Shown here: positions 28,895 through 39,098 of the stretch, one piece after another
How positions within the stretch are numbered: the first letter of the stretch is position 1
Layout: each line of letters opens with the position of its first letter
Assembly: GCA_031380765.1 (NCBI GenBank)
Contig: JANMXB010000042.1
Location: forward strand, 1 to 54,567
Reading direction: 5' to 3'
Source: Pseudomonadota bacterium
GTDB lineage: Bacteria; Pseudomonadota; Gammaproteobacteria; Burkholderiales; SG8-39
Length of the DNA stretch: 54,567 nt
The notes under the pieces: generated by a model
What the model saw: only the letters and a program-made list of their open reading frames with translations
Database searches by the model: none
Told to the model about the DNA's origin: nothing
Position numbers and translations under genes: made by a program

Positions 28895-30778
28895 ATGCAT
28901 CTCCTTTACGAGGAAGACGGCGACATAAAGGTCGGCACGGTACTTTCGCCGGGCACGGCCTCGTTCCAGATCGAGTCGCCCCACGGCCGGCGGATCAAGG
29001 TCAAGGCCTCGAACGTTCTGCTGTCATTCGATGCGCCGGGTGCCGCGGAGCTGCTTGCCAGCGCCGGTTCCTACGCCGAAAAACTCGACGCCGACTTTCT
29101 CTGGCAATGCGCCGGCGCGGCCGAATTCGGATTCCGCGACCTGGCGCGCGAATACGTTGGCCACGAGCCCGATGCGGTCGAGTCTTCAGGCGTCCTGCTC
29201 AAGCTGCATTCAGCTCCGATGTATTTTTATCGCCGCGGCAAGGGCCGCTTCCAGGCGGCGCCCGAAGCGACGCTGAAGGCCGCACTTGCGGGGATTGAAA
29301 AGAAACGCCTGCAGGCCGAGAAAGCCGCCGACTACACTGCGCAACTGGTGGCTGGCAAATTTCCGGAAGAGTTACGATCCATGCGCGACGAATTGCTCTA
29401 CCGGCCCGACCGTAACCGGATCGAGGCTAAAGCCGTGGACGCGGCATGCAAAGAAACCGGCTTGCCCGTGGCGAGGCTGTTCGAGCATGCGGGAGCACTG
29501 CCCTCGAGCCAGGATTTCCACATCAACCGGTTTCTGTTCGAATTTTTTCCCGCAGGCACGGGTTTCCCGCAGTACGACCTGCCTGCGGCCCCAGGGGACT
29601 TGCCGCTTGGCGAATCCGCCGTCTATTCCCTGGACGACATCGGCACCTCCGAGATCGATGACGCATTTTCCGTGCGGCGCGTATCCGAGGACGAATGGCG
29701 CATCGGCGTGCACATCGCGGCGCCGGCGCTCGGATTTGCGCCAGGCTCGCCACTGGATGCGATCGCGCGCGAGCGGCTGTCCACCGTGTACATGCCCGGT
29801 CAAAAGATCACCATGCTGCCGCCTGGGGTGATCGAGCGCTATTCGCTCGATGCCGGCAGCGAGCGCCCGGCGATATCGATCTATTTCAACGTAGCCGCCG
29901 CCGATTTCTCGATCCGCGGCCACCATTCGCGCCTGGAGCGCGTGAAAGTGGCCGGGAACCTGCGTCATGTCGACTATGCCGCGCTCAATTCACTGTTGCC
30001 CCTGGGGGAAAAGGCCGGGCTAGAGTACGAGGACGAGCTGCGGATCCTCTGGCACTTCGCCAATGCGCTGGAGGCCAGGCGCGGCAAGCCGAGCGTGAAC
30101 GCCAATCTCCTCGACTACAACTTCACGGTCGAAGGCGAGCATGTCGCAATCGTCCCGCGCAAGCGCGGGGCCCCGCTGGACAAGCTGGTTGCCGAACTGA
30201 TGATCCTTGCCAATTCCACGTGGGGCGGTTTTCTCGCGGAGCGGGATGTTGCGGCCCTGTACCGGGTGCAATCCGGGGGCAAGGTAAGAATGAGCGTGCA
30301 CGGCGAGGCTCACGACGGGTTAGGCGTGTCCTGTTATGCGTGGATGAGCTCGCCGCTGCGGCGGTATGTCGATCTTGTCAACCAGTGGCAACTGGCGGCA
30401 AGCCTTTCGGGCCGGCGAGCGCCGTTCGCGCGCAATTCGGACACGCTGCTCGCCGCGCTGCGGGCGTTCGAGGTGGTCTACGCCCGCTACGATGAGCACC
30501 AGCGCGCGATGGAACGCTATTGGTGCCTGCGCTGGCTCCTGCAGGAAAACATGTCGCACTCCGAAGCGGTCGTACTGCGCGAGGCGACGGTGCGGCTCGA
30601 CGGCCTTCCTTTGATCGTAAGGGTTCCCTCACTTCCGGAACTTCCGCCGGGCGCCCGGGTGAGCGTCGGGGTAAGCAACATCGACCTGCTGGACAACACG
30701 CTGGAATGCACGTGGCGCGCGACGCTCGCGGGACCTGCCTCGGGGGAGGTGGTGGAGGATGCTCAGGCGGCACTGTAA
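28895..30778 (+). CDS. rnb: RNB-domain exoribonuclease (RNase II family)
   Basis: It has DDIGTSEIDDAFSV and SSPLRRYVDLVNQ RNB motifs. I chose the start at MHLLYEEDGDIKVG. Confidence 0.85.
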   Translation: MHLLYEEDGDIKVGTVLSPGTASFQIESPHGRRIKVKASNVLLSFDAPGAAELLASAGSYAEKLDADFLWQCAGAAEFGFRDLAREYVGHEPDAVESSGVLLKLHSAPMYFYRRGKGRFQAAPEATLKAALAGIEKKRLQAEKAADYTAQLVAGKFPEELRSMRDELLYRPDRNRIEAKAVDAACKETGLPVARLFEHAGALPSSQDFHINRFLFEFFPAGTGFPQYDLPAAPGDLPLGESAVYSLDDIGTSEIDDAFSVRRVSEDEWRIGVHIAAPALGFAPGSPLDAIARERLSTVYMPGQKITMLPPGVIERYSLDAGSERPAISIYFNVAAADFSIRGHHSRLERVKVAGNLRHVDYAALNSLLPLGEKAGLEYEDELRILWHFANALEARRGKPSVNANLLDYNFTVEGEHVAIVPRKRGAPLDKLVAELMILANSTWGGFLAERDVAALYRVQSGGKVRMSVHGEAHDGLGVSCYAWMSSPLRRYVDLVNQWQLAASLSGRRAPFARNSDTLLAALRAFEVVYARYDEHQRAMERYWCLRWLLQENMSHSEAVVLREATVRLDGLPLIVRVPSLPELPPGARVSVGVSNIDLLDNTLECTWRATLAGPASGEVVEDAQAAL

Positions 30779-30862
30779 TGGGCCTACAATGTCCCGTCTC
30801 CACTTCCAGAGGCAGCTTTGTCGGCCGCTAGCGCGACCAACTTGATACGCCTGCCAGCGCGA

Positions 30863-31768
30863 ATGTCCGCGTACCTCCACGCGCATATCGCCGACACCTG
30901 GGCCGGCATGGACCGCCAATCGCGCCTGCTTAGCTGGTGTCTGGGGGTGTCGATCCTCCTGCACGCGATCCTGCTTTCGATCCACTTCAGGTTCCCTGAG
31001 GCGCTGAAGTTTTCCTCGCCGCAGCCCCTCGAGGTCATTCTGGTCAACGCCAGGACGAAACAAAAGCCGGCCAAGGCGCGCGCGCTCGCCCAGGCAGACC
31101 TCGACGGGGGCGGCAACACCGACCAGGAGCGCCGGGCGAAAACGCCGATGCCGGTGACCCAGGCGCCGGAGCAGGGCAAAGACCTTGCACAGGCGCAGCG
31201 CCGGGTGAAGGAGCTCGAGGCCCAGCAGCAGCAGTTGATTGCGGCGGCGAAGTCGATTGCGCTGATTGCGGCGACCGAGACCCCGCGCCAGCTGCCGGCC
31301 GAGGAGGCCTCGCCTCAGGTCGTGGGACGCGACCTGCGCGAGCTTGCGCTTGCCGCGATGAAACTCCAGGCGCAGATCGACAAGCGCCACGAGGAATATC
31401 AGAAGCGCCCGCGCAAGCAGTTCATCGGAGCAAACGCATCCGAATACCGTTTCGCGCAATACGAGGAAGACTGGCGCAACAAGGTCGAGCGAGTCGGGAC
31501 GCTGAACTACCCGGCCGAAGCCCGCGGCAAGGTGTATGGAAATCTGCGCCTGGAGGTCACGATCAAACCCGATGGCAGCGTTGAATCCGTGAGACTGGAT
31601 CGCTCTTCTGGCCTCAAGGTGCTGGACGACGCGGCATTCCGCATTGTGCGCATGGCCGCGCCCTATGGAGAGTTCCCTCCGGATATCCGCAAGGATACGG
31701 ATCTCCTAGTCATCACCCGGACCTGGTTTTTCGGGCGAGGGGACGCGGTGTGGACCAAACGGGATTGA
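30863..31768 (+). CDS. TonB-family protein (C-terminal TonB domain)
   Basis: It has one TM segment (LLSWCLGVSILLHAILL), a charged coiled region and a C-terminal YPAEARGKVYGNLRLEVTIKPDGSVESVRLDRSSGLKVLDDAAFRIV. The start is uncertain (TTG 30818, ATG 30863 or ATG 30908). Confidence 0.7.
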   Translation: MSAYLHAHIADTWAGMDRQSRLLSWCLGVSILLHAILLSIHFRFPEALKFSSPQPLEVILVNARTKQKPAKARALAQADLDGGGNTDQERRAKTPMPVTQAPEQGKDLAQAQRRVKELEAQQQQLIAAAKSIALIAATETPRQLPAEEASPQVVGRDLRELALAAMKLQAQIDKRHEEYQKRPRKQFIGANASEYRFAQYEEDWRNKVERVGTLNYPAEARGKVYGNLRLEVTIKPDGSVESVRLDRSSGLKVLDDAAFRIVRMAAPYGEFPPDIRKDTDLLVITRTWFFGRGDAVWTKRD

Positions 31769-32589
31769 GGGTGGCCGACCGCTATGTGGTGATCGGCAAT
31801 CCGGTCGGCCATTCCAAGTCCCCGTGGATTCACGCAAAGTTCGCCGGACAGACGGGTGAGGATATCGAATATGGCTCGATTCTCGCGCCCAAGGAGGGGT
31901 TCGCTGCGGTAGTCGCCGCGTTTAAGGAAGCCGGCGGCAAAGGGGCGAACGTCACCCTTCCCTTCAAGGAAGAGGCCTACGCGATTTCGAACGAATTGTC
32001 CGGACGCGCGCAGGCCGCGCGGGCAGTGAATACGCTGCTCTTCTCGAGTTCCGGCATCACGGGCGACAACACCGACGGGTGCGGCCTGACCCGCGACCTG
32101 AAGCTCAATCAGGCGTTCAAAATCCGGGGCCGGCGGGTCCTTCTGCTGGGTGCCGGCGGCGCCGCCCGCGGCGTGCTCCTGCCGCTGTTGGAAGAGCATC
32201 CGGCGAGCCTGGTGATCGCGAATCGTACCGTTGAGAAGGCGCGCGGACTGGTAAATCTCCTGCCCGGAAGAGGCGCCGAGGCGGTAGCAGTATCCAGTTA
32301 CGACGGTCTGCACGGCGAGAGCTTCGACCTCGTCATTAACGCGACTTCTGCGGGCATGACGGATACCGCGCTGCCATTGCCGGCGGGCCTTTTTGCCCCC
32401 GGATCCCTCGCGTACGAACTGATGTACGGGCGGGAAACGGCCTTCATGCGCCAGGCAGGCAGCGACGGAGCGGCAAGAATCTCGGACGGTCTGGGCATGC
32501 TCGTGGAACAGGCAGCCGAGTCGTTTTTCCTGTGGCGGGGCGTGCGTCCGCGGACCGTGCCGGTTTTGGCCGAGATGCGCAGCGCCTGA
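31750..32589 (+). CDS. aroE: Shikimate dehydrogenase
   Basis: VIGNPVGHSKSPWIH, NVTLPFKEEA and GAGGAARG are present. The start is uncertain (GTG 31750 or GTG 31771). Confidence 0.9.
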   Translation: MDQTGLRVADRYVVIGNPVGHSKSPWIHAKFAGQTGEDIEYGSILAPKEGFAAVVAAFKEAGGKGANVTLPFKEEAYAISNELSGRAQAARAVNTLLFSSSGITGDNTDGCGLTRDLKLNQAFKIRGRRVLLLGAGGAARGVLLPLLEEHPASLVIANRTVEKARGLVNLLPGRGAEAVAVSSYDGLHGESFDLVINATSAGMTDTALPLPAGLFAPGSLAYELMYGRETAFMRQAGSDGAARISDGLGMLVEQAAESFFLWRGVRPRTVPVLAEMRSA

Positions 32590-32607
32590 AGGCGCATACG
32601 TTTTGCC

Positions 32608-33300
32608 ATGGCCGCCTGGAAAATAATTTGCTACGTGCTCGGCGCCCTGGTCCTGGCGGTGCTGGTCGTGCAGGGGTGGTTCTTCGTCCACGTGTGGTGG
32701 TGGTCGAGCCACAATCCGTCGTCGACCGCGTTCATGCAGGCCCGTCTGGTCACGCTGCAGCAGAAGAACCCGAATGCCACGCTCAGGCAGCAGTGGGTGG
32801 GCTACGAAAAAGTATCCGCGAACCTGAAGCGGGCCGTGGTCGCCGCGGAAGACGCCAAATTCGTCGACCATGAAGGTTTCGATTGGGAAGGGATCCAGAA
32901 GGCGCTGGAAAAAAACGAGAAGAAGGGCAAAGTGGTAGCCGGCGGCTCAACCATCAGCCAGCAGCTCGCAAAGAACCTGTTTCTCTCCGGCAGCCGATCG
33001 TGGCTGAGGAAAGGCCAGGAGGCCGTCATCACGTGGATGCTCGAATTGGTGATGTCCAAGCGACGGATTCTCGAGCTCTATCTGAACCTCGCCGAGTGGG
33101 GCGAAGGCGTGTTTGGGGCGGAAGCCGCGGCTCGCCACTATTTCGCGGTGCCGGCGGCGCAGCTTTCCGCCCAGCAGTCGGCGTGGCTGGCGGCCATTCT
33201 TCCGGCCCCGCAACGCTATGACCGCAACCGCGCTTCGGCATGGATAGCGCGCAAAGCCGAAATCATCCAGGCACGAATGCCGGGAGCCCAGACCCCCTGA
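32608..33300 (+). CDS. mtgA: Monofunctional biosynthetic peptidoglycan transglycosylase
   Basis: GT51 motifs AAEDAKFVDHEGFD and GGSTISQQLAKN are present, with an N-terminal TM anchor. Confidence 0.9.
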   Translation: MAAWKIICYVLGALVLAVLVVQGWFFVHVWWWSSHNPSSTAFMQARLVTLQQKNPNATLRQQWVGYEKVSANLKRAVVAAEDAKFVDHEGFDWEGIQKALEKNEKKGKVVAGGSTISQQLAKNLFLSGSRSWLRKGQEAVITWMLELVMSKRRILELYLNLAEWGEGVFGAEAAARHYFAVPAAQLSAQQSAWLAAILPAPQRYDRNRASAWIARKAEIIQARMPGAQTP

Positions 33301-33406
33301 GCTTTGCAACGATCGTGCCGCGGCATTTCTGTTTCGTCTCCGGCGTCCTTTCTCTACAATGCCGACACTCCCCTAATCGGCCGCGACGGCCCCAGGCACC
33401 AACGCC

Positions 33407-34849
33407 ATGGCCGAGCTTGCCAACCGGCTCGAAATCGAAGACCTGAAGGACAACTTGCGTGTGGTGCAGGAGCTATTGCATCGCCACAAGCTGGTCGAGG
33501 ACCTGGTCTCGCGGCAGGACAATCCCAGGCAGGAACTGGTCGAGCAGTTGGTGCACAGGCAGCATCTGGCCGAATTGCGCGGCAAGATCGAAAGGCTGCA
33601 TCCCGCCGACATAGCTTTCGTCCTCGAATCGCTGCCGCTCGAGGAGCGGCTCGTGGTCTGGGACCTGGTGAAGGCGGACCGCGACGGCGAGATCCTCCTC
33701 GAAGTCTCCGATGCCGTGCGCGAGTCGCTCATCGCCAGCATGGATTCGCAGGAGCTGGTTGCCGCCGCCGAGACGCTGGAGGCCGATGAGCTGGCCGATC
33801 TGGCCCCGGATCTTCCCGAAAACGTCATCCAGGATGTGATCCGCTCCCTGCCGCTCGAAGAGAGGGAGCAACTGCGTGCGGCGATGTCCTACGCCGAGGG
33901 TTCCGTCGGCGCGCTGATGGATTTCGACATGGTCACCGTGCGCGAAGATGTCACGCTTGAGGCGGTGACGCGCTATTTGCGCCGGCTGGACGAACTGCCG
34001 GGGCACACCGACCAGCTGTTCGTTGTGGATCGCGACCAGAAGCTCAAGGGCACTCTGCCATTGGCGCGGCTGATCGTTTCCGATCTCGAATCCGAAGTCG
34101 GCAAGGTCATGATCCCGGAATTCATCACCTTCAACCCCGAGGACAGGGCCGACGATGTGGCGCAGGCATTCGAGCGCTACGACCTGGTCTCAGGACCGGT
34201 AGTGGACGCCGGTGGCAGGCTGATCGCCCGGGTGACCGTCGACGCAGTGGTCGACTATATCCGCGAATCGAGCGCTGAGCAGGTGCTTGCGGAGGCCGGC
34301 CTGAGCGAGGAAGAGGACGTGTTCGCGCCGGTGTGGGACAGCTTCAAGAACCGTTGGGCATGGCTTGCAGTCAATCTGGTGACGGCGTTCATCGCGTCGC
34401 GCGTCATTGGCGCGTTCGAAGGCTCGATCGAAAAGCTGGTGGCGCTGGCAGCGTTGATGCCGATCGTCGCGGGGATCGGCGGCAATTCGGGCAACCAGAC
34501 GACCACGATGATCGTGCGTGCGCTCGCGCTTGGCCAACTGCAGACCCATTACTGGCGCAAACTTCTGAACAAGGAGCTCGGTGTGGCCCTCCTGAACGGT
34601 CTTGTCTGGGGGGGGCTTCTCGGGGTGCTTGCGTGGTATCTTTACGACAGCAAAGCCTTGGGCGCGGTGATGACGCTCGCAATGACCTTGAACCTGGTGC
34701 TCGCTGCATTCATGGGAGTGGCCATTCCCTATGCGCGCCAGAAAATCGGCAAAGACCCGGCGGTGGGCTCGAGCGTCCTGATCACGGCGTGCACCGATTC
34801 GGGCGGCTTTTTTATCTTCCTCGGGCTGGCAACCCTATTCCTGCTTTAA
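33407..34849 (+). CDS. mgtE: Magnesium transporter
   Basis: The 480-aa ORF has the MgtE N-domain, tandem CBS region and C-terminal TM domain (GIGGNSGNQTTT). Confidence 0.9.
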   Translation: MAELANRLEIEDLKDNLRVVQELLHRHKLVEDLVSRQDNPRQELVEQLVHRQHLAELRGKIERLHPADIAFVLESLPLEERLVVWDLVKADRDGEILLEVSDAVRESLIASMDSQELVAAAETLEADELADLAPDLPENVIQDVIRSLPLEEREQLRAAMSYAEGSVGALMDFDMVTVREDVTLEAVTRYLRRLDELPGHTDQLFVVDRDQKLKGTLPLARLIVSDLESEVGKVMIPEFITFNPEDRADDVAQAFERYDLVSGPVVDAGGRLIARVTVDAVVDYIRESSAEQVLAEAGLSEEEDVFAPVWDSFKNRWAWLAVNLVTAFIASRVIGAFEGSIEKLVALAALMPIVAGIGGNSGNQTTTMIVRALALGQLQTHYWRKLLNKELGVALLNGLVWGGLLGVLAWYLYDSKALGAVMTLAMTLNLVLAAFMGVAIPYARQKIGKDPAVGSSVLITACTDSGGFFIFLGLATLFLL

Positions 34850-35413
34850 GCCGGTCCACGCCGCGGCCAGGCGCCTTGCCGCGTGGACATGCGATTTGAG
34901 CGCGTAGTCGAACAAAGCCACCCGATCGGCGAACAACGCGTTTGTGATTGACGCCGCGTCGGCAGGGAAAAGCTCTAGATAGGCGTCGGCCTCGCCACGC
35001 GAAGCGGCAATGCGCATGCCCTGTTTGCGCGCCAAGTGCATCATTGCACTGTTTTCCGCCAGACAATGCATGAACAGGGTCGGCACTCCCCAGTTGCGCG
35101 CGTGGATATGTGTGCGCGCGAGAAGCGCGCCGCCCATGCCCCGGTCGCGGTGGGCGGGAAGCACCGATACACCCAGTTCCGCGAATCCGTCTCCGCGCGC
35201 AAGATGTCCGACACCGGCAAGACACATGGCGTCGTCGAACACACCGAAAACCGCGTCCCGATCGAAGTCCATGCGCGCGACGTAGTCGCTCACGCCATGG
35301 TCGGACAGACCGACACCGAAGCGCAGCCTGCGATCCTCTGCATCGAGGGCGAGGAAATGGGCCAGCAGCGCGTCGCGTTGGAGTCGCGAGAGTTTTTTTG
35401 TGACTATGTTCAC
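34835..35413 (-). CDS. GNAT family N-acetyltransferase
   Basis: FAELGVSVLPAHRDRGMGGALLARTHIHARNWG matches the acetyl-CoA binding motif A. The start is GTG 35413 (alternative TTG 35434). This is the in-frame tail of the artefactual 659-aa ORF. Confidence 0.7.
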   Translation of the reverse strand: MNIVTKKLSRLQRDALLAHFLALDAEDRRLRFGVGLSDHGVSDYVARMDFDRDAVFGVFDDAMCLAGVGHLARGDGFAELGVSVLPAHRDRGMGGALLARTHIHARNWGVPTLFMHCLAENSAMMHLARKQGMRIAASRGEADAYLELFPADAASITNALFADRVALFDYALKSHVHAARRLAAAWTGLKQE

Positions 35414-35463
35414 GTTTTGAAGTCCATGTTGCAATGGACCGATCGACGCACGGTTCGTTCCAG

Positions 35464-36750
35464 CTACCGCGTCAAGGTCTGCAAGGCGTGGCGCGCGGCC
35501 AGTATCGTCGCCTCGATTTCGGTTGGACCATGCGAGGCGGAAACGAAGCCCGCTTCGAATGCAGAAGGCGCAAGGTATACGCCATGGCCGAGCATCGCAT
35601 GGAAAAACGTATTGAACCGGTCGCGGTCCGAAGTCATGACTTCGGCAAAACTGGCGGGCGCTCGGTCGCGAAAGTAAATGCCGAACATGCTGCCGATGCA
35701 TTGCGCCGAGAAAGGGATCCCGGCGCGTTGGCCTTCGGCAACGAGGCCTTCGACGAGGGCGGCCGTCGAGCGCTCCACCTCTGCGGCGAAACCGGGCTGT
35801 GCTACCAGCTTGAGAGTGGCGAGACCCGCAGCGACCGCGACCGGGTTTCCCGACAGTGTTCCGGCCTGATAGACCGGACCGAGGGGAGCGATTTTCTCCA
35901 TGATCTCGCGCCGCCCGCCGAAGGCACCCACCGGCAAGCCGCCGCCGATGACCTTGCCCAGGGTCGTCAGATCGGGGCGAACGCCATAGCGCTCCTGTGC
36001 TCCGCCACGCGCGACCCTGAAGCCGGTCATCACTTCGTCGAATATGAGTACGGCGCCGTAGGCGGTGCACTGTTCGCGCAACGTTTCGAGAAACCCCGGC
36101 TCCGGCAGGATCAGGTTCATGTTTCCCGCCACGGGTTCGACGATGACGCAGGCGATCTGCGCGCCGCGTGCCTCGAACAGGGCTTTCACCTGGGCCGCGT
36201 CGTTGTAGTCGAGCACCAGGGTGTGCTTCGCAATGTCTTCGGGCACCCCGGCCGAACTCGGATTGCCGAACGTAAGCGCGCCCGATCCCGCTTTTACGAG
36301 CAGGCTGTCCGCATGCCCGTGGTAACACCCCTCGAATTTGACCACCGTTGTGCGGCCAGTATGGCCGCGCGCCAGGCGAATTGCAGTCATCGTCGCCTCG
36401 GTGCCGGAAGAAACCAGCCGGACCATTTCGATCGAGGGCACGAGGGCGCAGATCAGCTCGGCCAGCTCGGTGTCCGATTCGGTCGGCGCGCCGAACTACA
36501 GCGCCCTGCCGGCCGCCGCCTGCACGGCCTCGACCACGGCGGGATGCGTATGGCCGGCGACCATCGGCCCCCACGAGCCGACATAATCGATATAGCGCTT
36601 GCCGTCGGCATCCCATAGGTACGCGCCGGAGGCACGCTCGAAAAACACCGGTGTCCCGCCGACCGCGCGGAACGCGCGGACGGGCGAATTGACTCCCGCG
36701 GGAATGCGCAGTTGCGCGCGCAGAAAAAGCTCCTCGTTGCGGCTGCTCAT
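35464..36750 (-). pseudogene. hemL: Glutamate-1-semialdehyde 2,1-aminomutase interrupted by a single in-frame TAG (36496-36498)
   Basis: Two same-frame ORFs (36496..36750 and 35464..36441) together are colinear with E. coli HemL. The junction reads [42 protein letters not shown], against E. coli ERGLSFGAPTEMEV...VPTMDMVRMVNSGTEATM. Confidence 0.85.
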
Positions 36751-37361
36751 GCGTGGTGATTCTCGAAAAGGCTGCGGTAGAGAGCGGCGCGCGCGGCGAT
36801 GTCCGGCGCGCCAAAGAGATCCGTGATCACCGCGACGCAGTCCGCTCCGGCGGCAAGGACCAGCGCGGTATTGTCGAACGTGATGCCGCCTATCGCCACC
36901 AAGGGCACGCCAAGGCTTCTGGCGTGCGCAAAAAGCTCGAGAGGCGCGCGCTGCGCGCCCGGCTTGGTGCCCGACGCAAATACGCTGCCGAACGCAACGT
37001 GGTCGGCGCCATCGGTAATCGCAGCGCGCGCGATCTCAAGGCTGGCGTAACACGATGCGCCCAGGAGTTTTCCTGGTAGAGAGCGGCGCGCCGCTGCAAC
37101 CTCGCCGTCGTCCCTGCCCACATGCACACCATCGGCGTCGATCTCGGCAGCGAGCGCAACATCGTCATTGATGATCAGGGGGACGTTCGCCGCACGCGAC
37201 ACGCGAAGGAGCATTTGGGCCTGCTCCTTGCGCAATCCGGCGTCGGCGCACTTGTTGCGATATTGCAGAAAATCGACACCGCCGCGCAACGCTTCGGTCG
37301 CCATGCGCGCCAATGCGTCGGTGGACGCAACGTCCGGCGTAATGGCATACAGTCCCTTCAC
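36747..37361 (-). CDS. thiE: Thiamine-phosphate synthase
   Basis: LYAITPD..., [16 protein letters not shown] and AIGGI are present. ATGA overlaps link it to both neighbouring genes. Confidence 0.9.
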   Translation of the reverse strand: MKGLYAITPDVASTDALARMATEALRGGVDFLQYRNKCADAGLRKEQAQMLLRVSRAANVPLIINDDVALAAEIDADGVHVGRDDGEVAAARRSLPGKLLGASCYASLEIARAAITDGADHVAFGSVFASGTKPGAQRAPLELFAHARSLGVPLVAIGGITFDNTALVLAAGADCVAVITDLFGAPDIAARAALYRSLFENHHA

Positions 37362-38206
37362 GATTCGTCGCTGCCCGGGTCGTGACCTGCGCCTTCGCCC
37401 TCGACTTCGCGTGCCCAGAAAAAGCGATCAGGCAAATGCTGGCCCATGCCAGGACGAAAACCATGCATCAGCGCCTGCCAAGTGTACTCCTGTGCTTCGC
37501 GCACGGCGTCAGGGACGTCCAGGCCGTTGGCCATTGTCGCGGCAATCGCCGACGCCAGGGTGCAGCCGGACCCGTGGAAACTGCCCGGCAGCCGCTTCCA
37601 GCGATCGCTGCGCACGACGCCATCCTCGCCGTAAAGCGTGTTGATGACCTCCGGGGTGTTTTCGTGGGTTCCGGTGATCAGCACGAACTCACATCCCAGC
37701 GTCACCAGTCGCGACGCGCACTCGTCGAGGCTGGGGTCGTCGCCGTCTTCATCTTCTTCTGCAAGACGCCGCGCCTCCATGCTGTTGGGGGTGAGCACGG
37801 TGGTCTGCGGCACGATCAGCTCGCGCAACGCGATGATCATGTCCTCGGCGGCGAGCGTATCGCCGCGACCCGAAGCAAGCACGGGGTCGAGAATCACCGG
37901 CACCTCCGGATAGTCGGAAATGATCTCCGCGATCGCGGTGATGTTTTCGATCGACCCCAGAACGCCAAGCTTGAACGCCGCCACCGGCATGTCCTCGAGA
38001 AGCTTGCGCGCCTGGTCCACCACCCAGTCGCTGTCGATCGAGAGCAGGTCGTCCACACCGCGAGTGTCCTGAACGGTGAGCGCGGTTACTACCGACAGCG
38101 GATGGCACCCCATGCTTGCGAGCGTGAGGATGTCCGCTTGCAGCCCTGCGCCCCCGGTCGGGTCGGAGGCCGCAAAGGTGAGCACGATCGGCGGCAGGGA
38201 GGGCAT
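37358..38206 (-). CDS. thiD: Hydroxymethylpyrimidine / phosphomethylpyrimidine kinase
   Basis: VLTFAASDPTGGAGLQADILT and GSGCTLASAIAA are present (282 aa). Confidence 0.9.
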   Translation of the reverse strand: MPSLPPIVLTFAASDPTGGAGLQADILTLASMGCHPLSVVTALTVQDTRGVDDLLSIDSDWVVDQARKLLEDMPVAAFKLGVLGSIENITAIAEIISDYPEVPVILDPVLASGRGDTLAAEDMIIALRELIVPQTTVLTPNSMEARRLAEEDEDGDDPSLDECASRLVTLGCEFVLITGTHENTPEVINTLYGEDGVVRSDRWKRLPGSFHGSGCTLASAIAATMANGLDVPDAVREAQEYTWQALMHGFRPGMGQHLPDRFFWAREVEGEGAGHDPGSDES

Positions 38207-38309
38207 GGAGGCAAACCAATGCGAATCGCGCCGGATGCGGCACTGCGGCGCGGGGGACTCGCGGATAAGTTAATATGCCGGGCCATTTTAACTCACCGAT
38301 TGCTTTCTC

Positions 38310-38492
38310 ATGCCCGAAAACAAGGAGTTCCGCAGCTGGATGTGCCTCATTTGCGGCTGGATCTACGACGAAGCCGCAGGGCTGCCGGAAGAAGGCATCG
38401 CACCCGGCACGCGCTGGGAAGACGTGCCGATCAATTGGACTTGTCCGGAGTGCGGCGCGCGCAAAGACGATTTCGAAATGGTGGAGATTTAG
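38310..38492 (+). CDS. Rubredoxin
   Basis: WMCLICGWIYDE...WTCPECGARKDDFE contains the two CxxC iron ligand pairs. Confidence 0.9.
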   Translation: MPENKEFRSWMCLICGWIYDEAAGLPEEGIAPGTRWEDVPINWTCPECGARKDDFEMVEI

Positions 38493-38663
38493 CCTCGCGT
38501 AGGCAGGGTTGCGCGCTTTCGTCGACCCTGAAGGCCCGCAGTTCGATTAACTTGCCGAGTCTGGGGTTTATCGGCCCTTGCTTTGAATTCACGTTAGCGC
38601 CTAGTATCCAAATGGCCTAGGGTCGGGCGGACGCGCGAAAATCGAGGACAAGAGGGGGCAGGC

Positions 38664-39083
38664 ATGGCAGATACGACTGCCGAAACGAGGGGCAGTCTCG
38701 CCGGCGTGAAAGTAATGGTGATCGACGATTCGAACACCATCCGCCGCAGTGCCGAGATCTTTCTCCTGCAGGCCGGCGCAACCGTGATCCTCGCCGAGGA
38801 TGGTTTCGACGCTCTGGCGAAGATCGCCGATTACCTCCCCGAAGTCGTGTTCGTAGACATCATGATGCCGCGGCTCGATGGCTATCAGACCTGCGCACTG
38901 ATCAAGAAGAATCCGAAGTTCGCCGCTACGCCGGTAGTCATGCTGTCTTCGAAGGACGGCCTGTTCGACCGCGCGCGCGGACGCATGGTGGGTTCCAACG
39001 AATACCTAACCAAGCCATTCACGAAAGACAGCCTGTTGACGACAGTAGACGCGCACGTGCGCGGTGCCGCCCACGGCGGCTGA
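38664..39083 (+). CDS. pilG: Twitching-motility response regulator PilG (CheY-like)
   Basis: This single REC domain has VMVIDDS, FVDIMMPRLDG and LTKPF. It is the first gene of the pilGHIJ-chpA order. Confidence 0.85.
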   Translation: MADTTAETRGSLAGVKVMVIDDSNTIRRSAEIFLLQAGATVILAEDGFDALAKIADYLPEVVFVDIMMPRLDGYQTCALIKKNPKFAATPVVMLSSKDGLFDRARGRMVGSNEYLTKPFTKDSLLTTVDAHVRGAAHGG

Positions 39084-39098
39084 CCCAGAGAGATTCTC

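Noticed and set aside
34835-36814. 659-aa minus-strand ORF spanning the GNAT gene and all of hemL
   Set aside because: Only the last 192 codons (the GNAT) look like protein. The upstream part is the +1 frame of hemL on the same strand ([13 protein letters not shown]...). hemL itself is recognisable in the other frame.
38207-38309. Possible TPP (THI-box) riboswitch upstream of thiD-thiE
   Set aside because: The minus-strand leader lacks the CUGAGA and ACCUGAUCUGGAUAAUGCCAGCG-like core elements.
38530-38560. tRNA-like T-loop string (CAGTTCGATTA) in the rubredoxin-pilG spacer
   Set aside because: No acceptor, D or anticodon arms can be folded around it. It is an isolated chance match.
38493-38663. 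Possible small RNA or sigma-54 promoter in the lower-GC spacer upstream of pilG
   Set aside because: Only weak 5-6 bp hairpins are present. There is no GG-N10-GC element with correct spacing and no terminator.
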